From assembly GCA_035540655.1 (NCBI GenBank), contig DATLGC010000163.1, forward strand, positions 1-55,316: a DNA stretch of 55,316 nt. Direction: 5' to 3'. The notes below the pieces were generated by a model. The model had not been told where the DNA came from. It saw nothing but the letters and a program-made list of their open reading frames with translations, and ran no database searches. This DNA is from Sphingomicrobium sp. GTDB taxonomy: Bacteria; Pseudomonadota; Alphaproteobacteria; Sphingomonadales; Sphingomonadaceae. This document shows positions 8,635 to 16,632 of the stretch, in pieces. Positions within the stretch are counted from its first letter, which is position 1. Each line of letters begins with the position of its first letter. A program made the translations under genes and the position numbers.

Positions 8635-9789
8635 GTGCCTAAAGGATATAATATCTTTATGTACGGTCGGATGGTGACCTCCGAGCCGCGCATGTCGGCC
8701 TACGCGGAGGCGCTGAGACAGGCGATAAGCCCGGGCTGCACGGTCTTCGACATCGGCGCCGGGCCTGGGGTCTTCTCGCTGCTTGCCTGCCGATATGGAG
8801 CCGGCCGGGTGGTGGCGATCGAGCCGGATGATTCCGTTGAGCTCCTGCGCCCCCTGGCAGAAGCCAACGGCTGCCTCGACCGGATCGAAATCTTCAAGGG
8901 CCTGTCGACCGACTTTGCCCCGGTGGGCCGAGCGGACGTAATCGTCTCGGATCTGCGCGGCGCTTTGCCGCTGTTCGAGCACCATATTCCAGCAATCAAG
9001 GACGCGAGGGAGCGTTTGCTGGCGTCGGGCGGCACGCTCATCCCGGCGCGCGATACGATCCGCATCGCACTCGCCCAGAATGCGAAAAACTATTCCGATC
9101 TTTGTGTGGAGCCCTGGCTCCAAAATCGGTTTGGACTCGACCTCTCTGCAGGCCACCAGTTCACGGCGAACCTGCTCGCGCAGGTCGAGCCGGAGCACAC
9201 CAAGCTATTGTCGGAATCCGCCGATCTCGCGGTGCTCGACTATTATTCGGTCACGGACCCCGATTTTTCGGGAGACGTGGAGCTCGAAGTCGAGGTGGAA
9301 GGCGCCCTTCACGGGCTGCTGATGTGGTTCGATTCCGAGCTTGCGCCCGGTATCGGCTTTTCCAACGCGCTGGACCAGCCGCCACAAATATACGGGCGAG
9401 TCTTCATTCCTCTCGAACAGGCGCTCGACGTCGCGCCTGGCGACCGAATCCAGGTGAACCTAGTCGCGAAGCTCGTCGGCGGCAGCTACGTTTGGGCCTG
9501 GAACAGCAGGCTGGTCCGGCCCGGCGACTCCGAGCCCGAGGCAAGCTTTCGGCAGTCGACCTTCCTTGGAAAGGTGATTGACCCCGATGCACTGCGGGTG
9601 CGTGCATCGACCTTCGTTCCGCCGCGGTCGGATGATCACGAGGTCGACCGTTTCTGCCTTTCGCTGATTGATGGGCGGCACAGTCTCGGCGAACTCGCCG
9701 ACAAGCTTCGGGAAAATTTTCCCGCTCGATTCACCCACGCCTCGCAGGCCCTCGACCATGTCACGCGATTGACGGGTCGTTATCGATAG
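8635..9789 (+). CDS. SAM-dependent methyltransferase with PRMT-like fold and C-terminal winged-helix-like tail
   Basis: RMSAYAEAL, VFDIGAGPG, VVAIE, ADVIVSDLRGALPLFE (double-E loop equivalent), ARERLLASGGTLIP, LHGLLMWFD (PRMT beta-barrel); tail LSLIDGRHSLGELADKL. Start may be ATG 8659. Confidence 0.8.
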   Translation: MPKGYNIFMYGRMVTSEPRMSAYAEALRQAISPGCTVFDIGAGPGVFSLLACRYGAGRVVAIEPDDSVELLRPLAEANGCLDRIEIFKGLSTDFAPVGRADVIVSDLRGALPLFEHHIPAIKDARERLLASGGTLIPARDTIRIALAQNAKNYSDLCVEPWLQNRFGLDLSAGHQFTANLLAQVEPEHTKLLSESADLAVLDYYSVTDPDFSGDVELEVEVEGALHGLLMWFDSELAPGIGFSNALDQPPQIYGRVFIPLEQALDVAPGDRIQVNLVAKLVGGSYVWAWNSRLVRPGDSEPEASFRQSTFLGKVIDPDALRVRASTFVPPRSDDHEVDRFCLSLIDGRHSLGELADKLRENFPARFTHASQALDHVTRLTGRYR

Positions 9790-9829
9790 CTAAACAACTC
9801 GTTTTTAACCGCGCTAGGGCGGTGGAGGC

Positions 9830-10111
9830 GTGATGACGGACATTCTGCGGCAGAAGCTCGAGCCGACCGGGGACGCGGTGGAAAGCCGAGTGGGGGACGA
9901 AACCGTTCTCCTTCACCTCAAGCGTGGAACTTACTACGGCCTTGACCCCCTGGGAACCAGAATCTGGTCGTTCCTCAAGGAGGGCAAGGAGCCGCAGGAG
10001 ATCTGCCAGCTTGTGGCTGCGGAATTCGAGGTCGAGCACGAAACGGTGGCGGACGATGTTCGGCGCTTCCTGTCCGATCTGAAGGCGAACGATATCGTTG
10101 TCGAACTGTAA
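9830..10111 (+). CDS. PqqD-family RiPP recognition element (lasso B1/E protein)
   Basis: VGDETVLL..GTYYGLDPLGTRIW..EFEV..DVRRFLSDL; about 90 aa; GGAGG SD. Confidence 0.92.
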   Translation: MMTDILRQKLEPTGDAVESRVGDETVLLHLKRGTYYGLDPLGTRIWSFLKEGKEPQEICQLVAAEFEVEHETVADDVRRFLSDLKANDIVVEL

Positions 10112-10125
10112 GTCGGAGCCAGCCG

Positions 10126-10581
10126 ATGGGCATGTTCGCCAAGGCCGCGAAACTGGGCATTGGCGAGTGGCGTGACGTCGGTCGTGCGGTCATCGAACTG
10201 GCGATCGCACGAGCCTGGATGGCGTTCGCGGACCCGGAAAAATTGCTTGCCACAGCCGCACCGTCGGGGGGAGCGGCGGACGATTGCGCGAGCGACCATG
10301 ACGTGGCGCTCGTCCGCCGCGTTTCGGTGGCCATCGGCCGCGCCGGCGCTCGGGTGCCGTGGCGTTCGGATTGCCTCGTCCAGGCGCTCGCTGCCCAACG
10401 ATGGCTGAGACTAGGGGGGGTCCAAAGCGACCTGTTTATCGGTGTTCGCCCCGCCAATGGTGAAGGGGTCGACGCGCACGCCTGGCTGGTCAGCAGCGGA
10501 TCGGTGGTAACCGGGGGTGACGTCAGCGGCTTTACGCCTTTGGTGACTCCCGATGTGCTGGCGGCGCTCGCCTCGCGCTGA
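10126..10581 (+). CDS. Lasso peptide leader peptidase B2 (transglutaminase-like)
   Basis: DCLVQALA..LFIGV..AHAWL Cys/His motifs. Confidence 0.92.
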   Translation: MGMFAKAAKLGIGEWRDVGRAVIELAIARAWMAFADPEKLLATAAPSGGAADDCASDHDVALVRRVSVAIGRAGARVPWRSDCLVQALAAQRWLRLGGVQSDLFIGVRPANGEGVDAHAWLVSSGSVVTGGDVSGFTPLVTPDVLAALASR

Positions 10582-10632
10582 CACTGGTCCAAGTCGCTCG
10601 CAAAAGCAGGGCCCAGCGCTTACATCGTCGGC

Positions 10633-12579
10633 ATGGACCGGACGCCCGCCAATCGCCCTGACCATCCCGGCGCCGAAGATCGATTCAACGAGGACAAGGC
10701 CACTTACGCGGTTCGCGGCACCGAGGCTCCGGACCTGGACAAGGGCATCGCCGCTATCAGAGAGGTGTGGAAAACATTGCCGGCGCGCCCCGGCGTGTAC
10801 CGGATGCAGGATTCTCGCGGCGAGGTTCTTTACGTCGGCAAGGCGCGGGCGCTCAAGAGCCGGGTTTCAACATACACGCAGATTGCGCGCCTGCCCAAGC
10901 GGCTCCAGCGAATGGTCGCCCAGACCCGCTCGCTGACCATCATAACAACGCGCACCGAAGCGGAGGCGTTGCTGCTCGAGGCGCAGCTGATCAAGCGCTT
11001 TCGGCCGCCCTACAACGTGCTGCTGCGCGACGACAAAAGCTTCCCATTCATCCTGCTTCGCGAGGACCACGCCTATCCGCGGGTTCAGAAGCATCGCGGG
11101 GCAAGGCGCTCGAAGGGCCAATATTACGGACCGTTCGCAAGCGCCGGTTCGGTTACCCGAACGCTCAACGCCCTTCAAAAGCTGTTCCTTCTGCGGAGCT
11201 GTTCGGACAGCTTTTTCGCCAATCGGTCCCGGCCGTGCCTGCTCTACCAGATCAAGCGCTGCTCGGCCCCGTGCGTCGGTCGAATCGGCGAGGAGGATTA
11301 TGCCGAGCTGGTCGACGACGCCAAGGCGTTTCTCGCCGGCCGCTCGACCGGCGTCCAAGCCCGCCTCAGCCGCTCGATGGCGGATGCGGCAGAGCGTCAG
11401 GATTACGAGCTGGCGGCCGTCTATCGCGATCGCCTCCGGGCGCTGACCTATATCCAGGGCAGCCAGTCGGTGCATGCCGAGGGCCTTGGCGATGCCGACG
11501 TATTCGCGCTCGCCTGCAAGGGCGGGGCGATGTCGATCCAGGGTTTCTTCATCAGAGGCGGCCAGAACTGGGGGCATCGCGCTTTCTTTCCCGCGCACAC
11601 CGCCGAGGTCCCCGAGGCCGAAGTGCTGTCAAGCTTCCTCGTCCAGTTCTACGAGGAGATGCCGCCGCCGCGGCGCATCCTGGTCGATCGCAAGCTCGGG
11701 GACCAGGAATTGCTCGAAGAGGCGCTGTGCGAGCGCGCCGGGCGCAAGGTCACGATCGAGCAGCCAAGGCGGGGCGCCCGCGCCAAGCTGATCGATCAGG
11801 CCAAGCGCAATGCCGAGGAGGAGCTCGACCGCCGGCTGGCCGAGACCAGCAGCCAGGCCAAGGTGCTCCGCGAACTTGCCGAGACATTCGAACTGACCGA
11901 GCCTCCCAGGCGCATCGAAGTCTATGACAACAGCCACATCATGGGCACGAACCCGTCCGGAGCGATGATCGTCGCCGGACCCGAAGGCTTTCGCCGAAAC
12001 AGCTATCGCAAGTTCAACATCAAGCGTGCGGAGACTCGGCCGGGCGACGATTTTGCAATGATGCGCGAAGTGCTCGAGCGGCGCTTCGCCCGGCTGGAAA
12101 AGGAGGATCCGGATCGCTCGTCGGGCGAATGGCCGGACCTGATCCTGATCGACGGCGGCAAGGGTCAGCTGTCGGCAGCTTGCGAGATGATGGAGGACGC
12201 CGGGGTCCACGATATCCCGGTCGTCGCGGTGTCGAAGGGCCCCGACCGCAACGCCGGGCGCGAGACATTCCACCTGCCCGGCGGCCGGGAATTGACCCTT
12301 CCGCCCAATTCGGCATTGCTCTTTTACCTTCAGCGGCTGCGCGACGAGGCGCACCGCTTCGCCATCGGCGCGCATCGGCAGAAGCGGGCAAAAGGTCTGA
12401 CGACCTCCAGCCTCGACGACGTCCCGGGCATCGGCCCGTCGCGCAAGCGGGCGCTATTGATGCATTTCGGAACGGCTCGCGCCGTCAAGGGCGCGGCGCT
12501 GGAGGACCTCGAGCGGGCTCCGGGCATCAGCCGGGCAATGGCGCGTCAGCTCTACGATTATTTCCACCCGCGGGGCTGA
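10633..12579 (+). CDS. uvrC: Excinuclease ABC subunit C
   Basis: GIY-YIG (PGVYRM..LYVGKA), [29 protein letters not shown]-terminal HhH. Confidence 0.97.
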   Translation: MDRTPANRPDHPGAEDRFNEDKATYAVRGTEAPDLDKGIAAIREVWKTLPARPGVYRMQDSRGEVLYVGKARALKSRVSTYTQIARLPKRLQRMVAQTRSLTIITTRTEAEALLLEAQLIKRFRPPYNVLLRDDKSFPFILLREDHAYPRVQKHRGARRSKGQYYGPFASAGSVTRTLNALQKLFLLRSCSDSFFANRSRPCLLYQIKRCSAPCVGRIGEEDYAELVDDAKAFLAGRSTGVQARLSRSMADAAERQDYELAAVYRDRLRALTYIQGSQSVHAEGLGDADVFALACKGGAMSIQGFFIRGGQNWGHRAFFPAHTAEVPEAEVLSSFLVQFYEEMPPPRRILVDRKLGDQELLEEALCERAGRKVTIEQPRRGARAKLIDQAKRNAEEELDRRLAETSSQAKVLRELAETFELTEPPRRIEVYDNSHIMGTNPSGAMIVAGPEGFRRNSYRKFNIKRAETRPGDDFAMMREVLERRFARLEKEDPDRSSGEWPDLILIDGGKGQLSAACEMMEDAGVHDIPVVAVSKGPDRNAGRETFHLPGGRELTLPPNSALLFYLQRLRDEAHRFAIGAHRQKRAKGLTTSSLDDVPGIGPSRKRALLMHFGTARAVKGAALEDLERAPGISRAMARQLYDYFHPRG

Positions 12580-12583
12580 AGTC

Positions 12584-13318
12584 GTGCAGATCGAAACATC
12601 GGCAATCGTCTGCGGCTTGCGCAGCCACGGCGAGCATGGCGCGGTCGTGCGGCTGATGACTCCGGCTCACGGCCTGCAAGCGGCTTATGTGCGGGGGGCA
12701 CGCGGTCGGCGGCTGCGACCCGTGCTGATCGCCGGCAATATCGTCCAGGCGCGGCTTCGAGCGCGGACTGAAGAGCAGCTTCCCCAAGCCGAGGTGGAGC
12801 TGGTGCATAGCCGGGGCCCGTTGCTCCGCGAGCCGTTGCCGGCGGCGGCAATCGAATGGGCGACGGCACTTGCTGCGACCACTCTTCCCGACGGCCAGCC
12901 CTACGAGCGTCTGCATGAGGCGCTCGACGGATTGCTATCGGCCATAGAGGCGGCGCCGTCGGCCAGCGGTTGGGGGGCGGCGCTGGTGCGATACGAGCTG
13001 TTGTTGCTCGCCGAGCTTGGCTTCGGTCTCGACCTCGAAAGCTGTGTCTTTAGCGGCTCGGCTGATGAGCTGGTCGCAGTCAGCCCAAAATCGGGCCGGG
13101 CGGTGAGCGCCGCCGAGGCCCAGCCTTTCGGTTCACGCCTGCTGCGGCTGCCACCGTTTCTTCGCGGCGGGGCGATGGCATGTTCCTGGGCCGAGATCGT
13201 CGATGGTCTCAAGCTGACCGGGCATTTCCTTGCCCGGGATATCCTGCGCGATCGCTCCGCGCCGGTGGGCGAGGCGCGGGACCGACTGGTCGAGCGGCTG
13301 CAAAGGGCTGCGGTCTAG
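12584..13318 (+). CDS. recO: DNA repair protein RecO
   Basis: [32 protein letters not shown] motifs. Confidence 0.93.
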   Translation: MQIETSAIVCGLRSHGEHGAVVRLMTPAHGLQAAYVRGARGRRLRPVLIAGNIVQARLRARTEEQLPQAEVELVHSRGPLLREPLPAAAIEWATALAATTLPDGQPYERLHEALDGLLSAIEAAPSASGWGAALVRYELLLLAELGFGLDLESCVFSGSADELVAVSPKSGRAVSAAEAQPFGSRLLRLPPFLRGGAMACSWAEIVDGLKLTGHFLARDILRDRSAPVGEARDRLVERLQRAAV

Positions 13319-13364
13319 ACCCTGGCCGGTTGTCTGCGGCGGCTGGCTGTCCTAGCCTGATAGC

Positions 13365-13772
13365 GTGACCTCGACCGACACGCTCGCCATGCTGTTCCCG
13401 AACGTCGCGGTGACGCGCGACATCATCGTTCGGGTCGCTGTAAGCTATCTTGCCGAGCAATCCGATCCGTCGTCCCGCCGCTGGTTCTGGTCTTATCATG
13501 TGCGAATCGAGAACGGATCGGCGCGTTCGGTTCAATTGCTGTCGCGCAGCTGGCGAATCGTCGACGGCCGCGGGATCGTCCACGAGGTGCATGGCGAGGG
13601 CGTGGTCGGCGAAATGCCCCTGATTCCGCCCGGGGGCAGCTTCGACTATGTATCTGGATGCCCCCTCGACACTCCCTCGGGCGCGATGAGCGGCAGTTAC
13701 CAGATGGTGGACGAAGACGGCCGCGCCTTTGAAATCGACATTCCCCGTTTCACGCTCGCCGGCGTCGAGTAG
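13365..13772 (+). CDS. apaG: ApaG protein
   Basis: VQLLSRSWRI..GEGVVGEMP..YVSGCPL..GAMSGSY. Confidence 0.93.
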   Translation: MTSTDTLAMLFPNVAVTRDIIVRVAVSYLAEQSDPSSRRWFWSYHVRIENGSARSVQLLSRSWRIVDGRGIVHEVHGEGVVGEMPLIPPGGSFDYVSGCPLDTPSGAMSGSYQMVDEDGRAFEIDIPRFTLAGVE

Positions 13773-13789
13773 GTCCGCGTAAGCGAGAG

Positions 13790-14941
13790 ATGGCAATCCC
13801 CGAAGAGCGGCCACGGCCCGACCGGCGAACCATCGTCGTCTCCGCGAACTCGTCGTGGAACATCGTCAATTTCCGGATGGGCCTGCTCGAGGGCCTCGCC
13901 CGCAGCGGCTTTCGGCCGATCGTCATCGCGCCGGCCGACAGCTACAGCGAAGCCATCACCGAGCGGGGGTATGAGTTCCGCGCTCTGCCGATGAGCCGGT
14001 CGGGAATGAACCCGGCCGCCGATGCCCTTCTGCTGCTTAGATATTATCGACTGATCCGCGATTGCGGCGCAGCTGCCTATCTCGGTTTCACGATCAAGCC
14101 CAACATCTATGGTTCGATCGCCGCCCGGCTGGCTGGAGCCGAGCGGATCAACAACGTCAGCGGTCTTGGCACGGCCTTCCTGCAACGGGCATGGCTAGAA
14201 CGCCTGGTAAGCGGACTGTACCGACTCGCATTCCGCGGCTCGCACACTGTTTTTTTTCAGAATTCGGACGACTGCAATCTGTTTGTCGAAAAAGGAATCG
14301 TCACAGCTCGGCAGGCAAAACTGGTGCCTGGGTCGGGCGTCGACCTCGATCGCTTCAGGCCAGCTTCGGACGAGCCCGGCGGCCTACCGACCTTCCTGTT
14401 CATTGGCCGGCTGCTCCGCGACAAGGGTGTTAGGGAATATGCCGAGGCGGCTCGGCTTTTGCGCTCGAGGCTGCCGGAGGCGCGCTTCCAGATTCTCGGC
14501 GATCTGGACCCCGGCAACCGGACCGGGATCGATCGCATCGAGTTGCAGTCGTGGATCGATGAGTCCGGTATCGAATATCTGGGGCATTCGGAAGACGTCA
14601 GGCCGTATGTCGCCATGGCGACCGCGGTCGTCCTGCCTTCCTATCGGGAGGGCATGCCAAGAGTGCTGCTGGAAGCCGCGGCAATGGCCAAGCCCTTGGT
14701 GGCGGCGGATGTTCCGGGCAGCCGCGAGATAGTCGTCGACGGTGAGACCGGCCTTCTATGCACCGTGCGCGATGCTGCATCACTGGCCTTGGCGATGGAG
14801 CGGATCGCCGCGATGCCTACGCCGGTTCGGCGCGCGATGGGCGAGGCCGCCCGGACAAAAGTTCAAGCCGAATTCAGCGAAGCGCTGGTAGTCGACAGGT
14901 ATCTCGCAACGCTGCTCGAGGTTGCCGGTTCGGACCGATGA
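13790..14941 (+). CDS. Glycosyltransferase family 4
   Basis: TIKPNIYG, FQNSDD, GSGVD, RLLRDKG, PSYREGMPRVLLEA. Confidence 0.92.
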   Translation: MAIPEERPRPDRRTIVVSANSSWNIVNFRMGLLEGLARSGFRPIVIAPADSYSEAITERGYEFRALPMSRSGMNPAADALLLLRYYRLIRDCGAAAYLGFTIKPNIYGSIAARLAGAERINNVSGLGTAFLQRAWLERLVSGLYRLAFRGSHTVFFQNSDDCNLFVEKGIVTARQAKLVPGSGVDLDRFRPASDEPGGLPTFLFIGRLLRDKGVREYAEAARLLRSRLPEARFQILGDLDPGNRTGIDRIELQSWIDESGIEYLGHSEDVRPYVAMATAVVLPSYREGMPRVLLEAAAMAKPLVAADVPGSREIVVDGETGLLCTVRDAASLALAMERIAAMPTPVRRAMGEAARTKVQAEFSEALVVDRYLATLLEVAGSDR

Positions 14942-15032
14942 GCATTGCGCCCGGCCGATCGTCGGGAACCGGGGGCGGCGCTGACTGTTGCCGCCGGACA
15001 GTTTTCGGAAGGGGTTGGATAGCCGGTTCGTG

Positions 15033-15815
15033 ATGTTTGGCCTTTTTCGTAAGAACTTGTCTCAACCCAAGGCACCCAGGGGCCACCGGGCCTACGCGAT
15101 TGGCGACATCCACGGCCGGCTCGACCTTCTCGACCAGCTGCTGGAGCGGGTCGAGCGCGATAATGCCGAACGAGGCCGGGCTGAGACCCATCTCGTCTTC
15201 CTTGGCGATCTCATCGATCGCGGGCCGAGCTCCTGCCAGGTGGTCGAGCGCCTGCGGACGTATCAGCCGAGAAAAATGAGCACGGTCTTCCTGATCGGCA
15301 ATCACGAAGAAGTTTTGCTCCGGCTGCTTGGCGGCGAGAAAGGTTTGTTGTCGAGCTGGCTGCTGTTCGGCGGCGCCGAATGCTTGCGCAGCTATGGCAT
15401 CGATCCGGACAAGGTGGACCCGGCGGACGAAACCACAGCGCTCAGGCAAGTCGCCAGGGCAATCCCGTCAAAACATGCCGATTTCCTGAAGAGCTTTGCC
15501 GACACCTTTCGTTTCGGTGATTATCTGTTCGTCCATGCCGGAATCCGCCCGGGGGTCGAGCTCGATGCCCAGGATTCGACCGATCTGCGGTGGATTCGCC
15601 ATCCCTTCCTGGAAGACGAGAGCGATCATGGCGTGACCGTCGTGCACGGCCATACGATTTCGCCGGGGATTGACGAGCGACAAAACCGGATCGGCATCGA
15701 TACGGGCGCCTATCGAACAGGGATTCTGACGGCGCTCGGCATCGAAGGCGCCGATCGCTGGGTTTTCAGTACGGCCTCGGAACCATCTTGCGCAGACCGC
15801 GTATCGATTGATTAG
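15033..15815 (+). CDS. Metallophosphoesterase (PrpA-like Ser/Thr phosphatase family)
   Basis: GDIHG, GDLIDRG, GNHE, HAG, HGHT, IDTGA motifs. Confidence 0.92.
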   Translation: MFGLFRKNLSQPKAPRGHRAYAIGDIHGRLDLLDQLLERVERDNAERGRAETHLVFLGDLIDRGPSSCQVVERLRTYQPRKMSTVFLIGNHEEVLLRLLGGEKGLLSSWLLFGGAECLRSYGIDPDKVDPADETTALRQVARAIPSKHADFLKSFADTFRFGDYLFVHAGIRPGVELDAQDSTDLRWIRHPFLEDESDHGVTVVHGHTISPGIDERQNRIGIDTGAYRTGILTALGIEGADRWVFSTASEPSCADRVSID

Positions 15816-15893
15816 GTTCAAAATGGAGGCTAGTGGGTGCCCATCCGGCGTGATTTGGGGGAAGGTTCGCGCATCGAGTGGCGAGGTGTATCC

Positions 15894-16610
15894 GTGACTG
15901 GCGTTAATTCTGTTCGGCCCGCATCGCTCCTTCCTGTTTTGCTGATCGTATTCCTTGGTTTGATATTGTCCGCATGCGCCGACCGTCGCGGCGGCCCGAT
16001 TCCCTATGATCCGAGCGGTTTTGGCACGCCCGACCCGATCGGCCTCACGACGTTGGACGCAAACTACAAGATCGCACCCATGGACACGCTGACCATCCGC
16101 GTGTTCCGAATGCCCGAGCTGTCCGGCGACTATGAAGTCGACCTGACCGGCCATGTGTCGCTGCCGCTGATCGGCAATGTCAGGGCGGCCGATTTCACGA
16201 CCGCCGAGTTGGATGCGGCCCTGACCAGCAAATTCGGCGAGCGTTACCTCGAGAATCCGGACATCAGCGTTGGAATCAAATCGTCGACCTTGCGGACGGT
16301 GACCGTCGATGGCGCCGTCACCAGGTCCGGCTCATTCCCAGTTGCCGGCTCCATGAGTCTCATGCAAGCGGTGGCATTGGCCGGCGGCACTCGCGAAGAT
16401 GCAAATGCGAGGCGGGTCGCGATTTTCCGCCAGATCGGGGGCCAGCGCCAAGCCGCGGCTTTCGACCTTACGAGCATTCGGCGCGGAGAGATGCAGGATC
16501 CGCCCGTTTTCGCGGGCGATATCGTCGTCGTCGACGGGTCGTCGATCAAGGCAACGCAGAAGCAGATTCTGAATAGTCTCCCGATCCTATCAATTTTCAG
16601 ACCCTTCTGA
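15894..16610 (+). CDS. Polysaccharide export outer-membrane lipoprotein (Wza-like)
   Basis: Lipobox LSAC; YKIAPMDTL..SLPLIG (PES domain); SLBB repeat; start uncertain. Confidence 0.88.
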   Translation: MTGVNSVRPASLLPVLLIVFLGLILSACADRRGGPIPYDPSGFGTPDPIGLTTLDANYKIAPMDTLTIRVFRMPELSGDYEVDLTGHVSLPLIGNVRAADFTTAELDAALTSKFGERYLENPDISVGIKSSTLRTVTVDGAVTRSGSFPVAGSMSLMQAVALAGGTREDANARRVAIFRQIGGQRQAAAFDLTSIRRGEMQDPPVFAGDIVVVDGSSIKATQKQILNSLPILSIFRPF

Positions 16611-16632
16611 GTTGCCTGACGCAGGGAGCGGC

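Noticed and set aside
8635-9789. Ribosomal L11 methyltransferase PrmA
   Set aside because: Only the SAM-binding motif is shared; there is no PrmA N-terminal domain, and PRMT-like barrel motifs follow.
9830-10111. PQQ biosynthesis gene pqqD
   Set aside because: No other pqq genes are present; it is the RRE partner of the adjacent B2 peptidase.
10414-10420. G7 run in the B2 peptidase as a phase-variation tract
   Set aside because: Short G runs are common in this GC-rich sequence, and the frame is intact.
15033-15815. Phosphatase acting as eraser for the lasso kinase
   Set aside because: Its position beside wza/wzc explains it more simply; nothing ties it to the RiPP.
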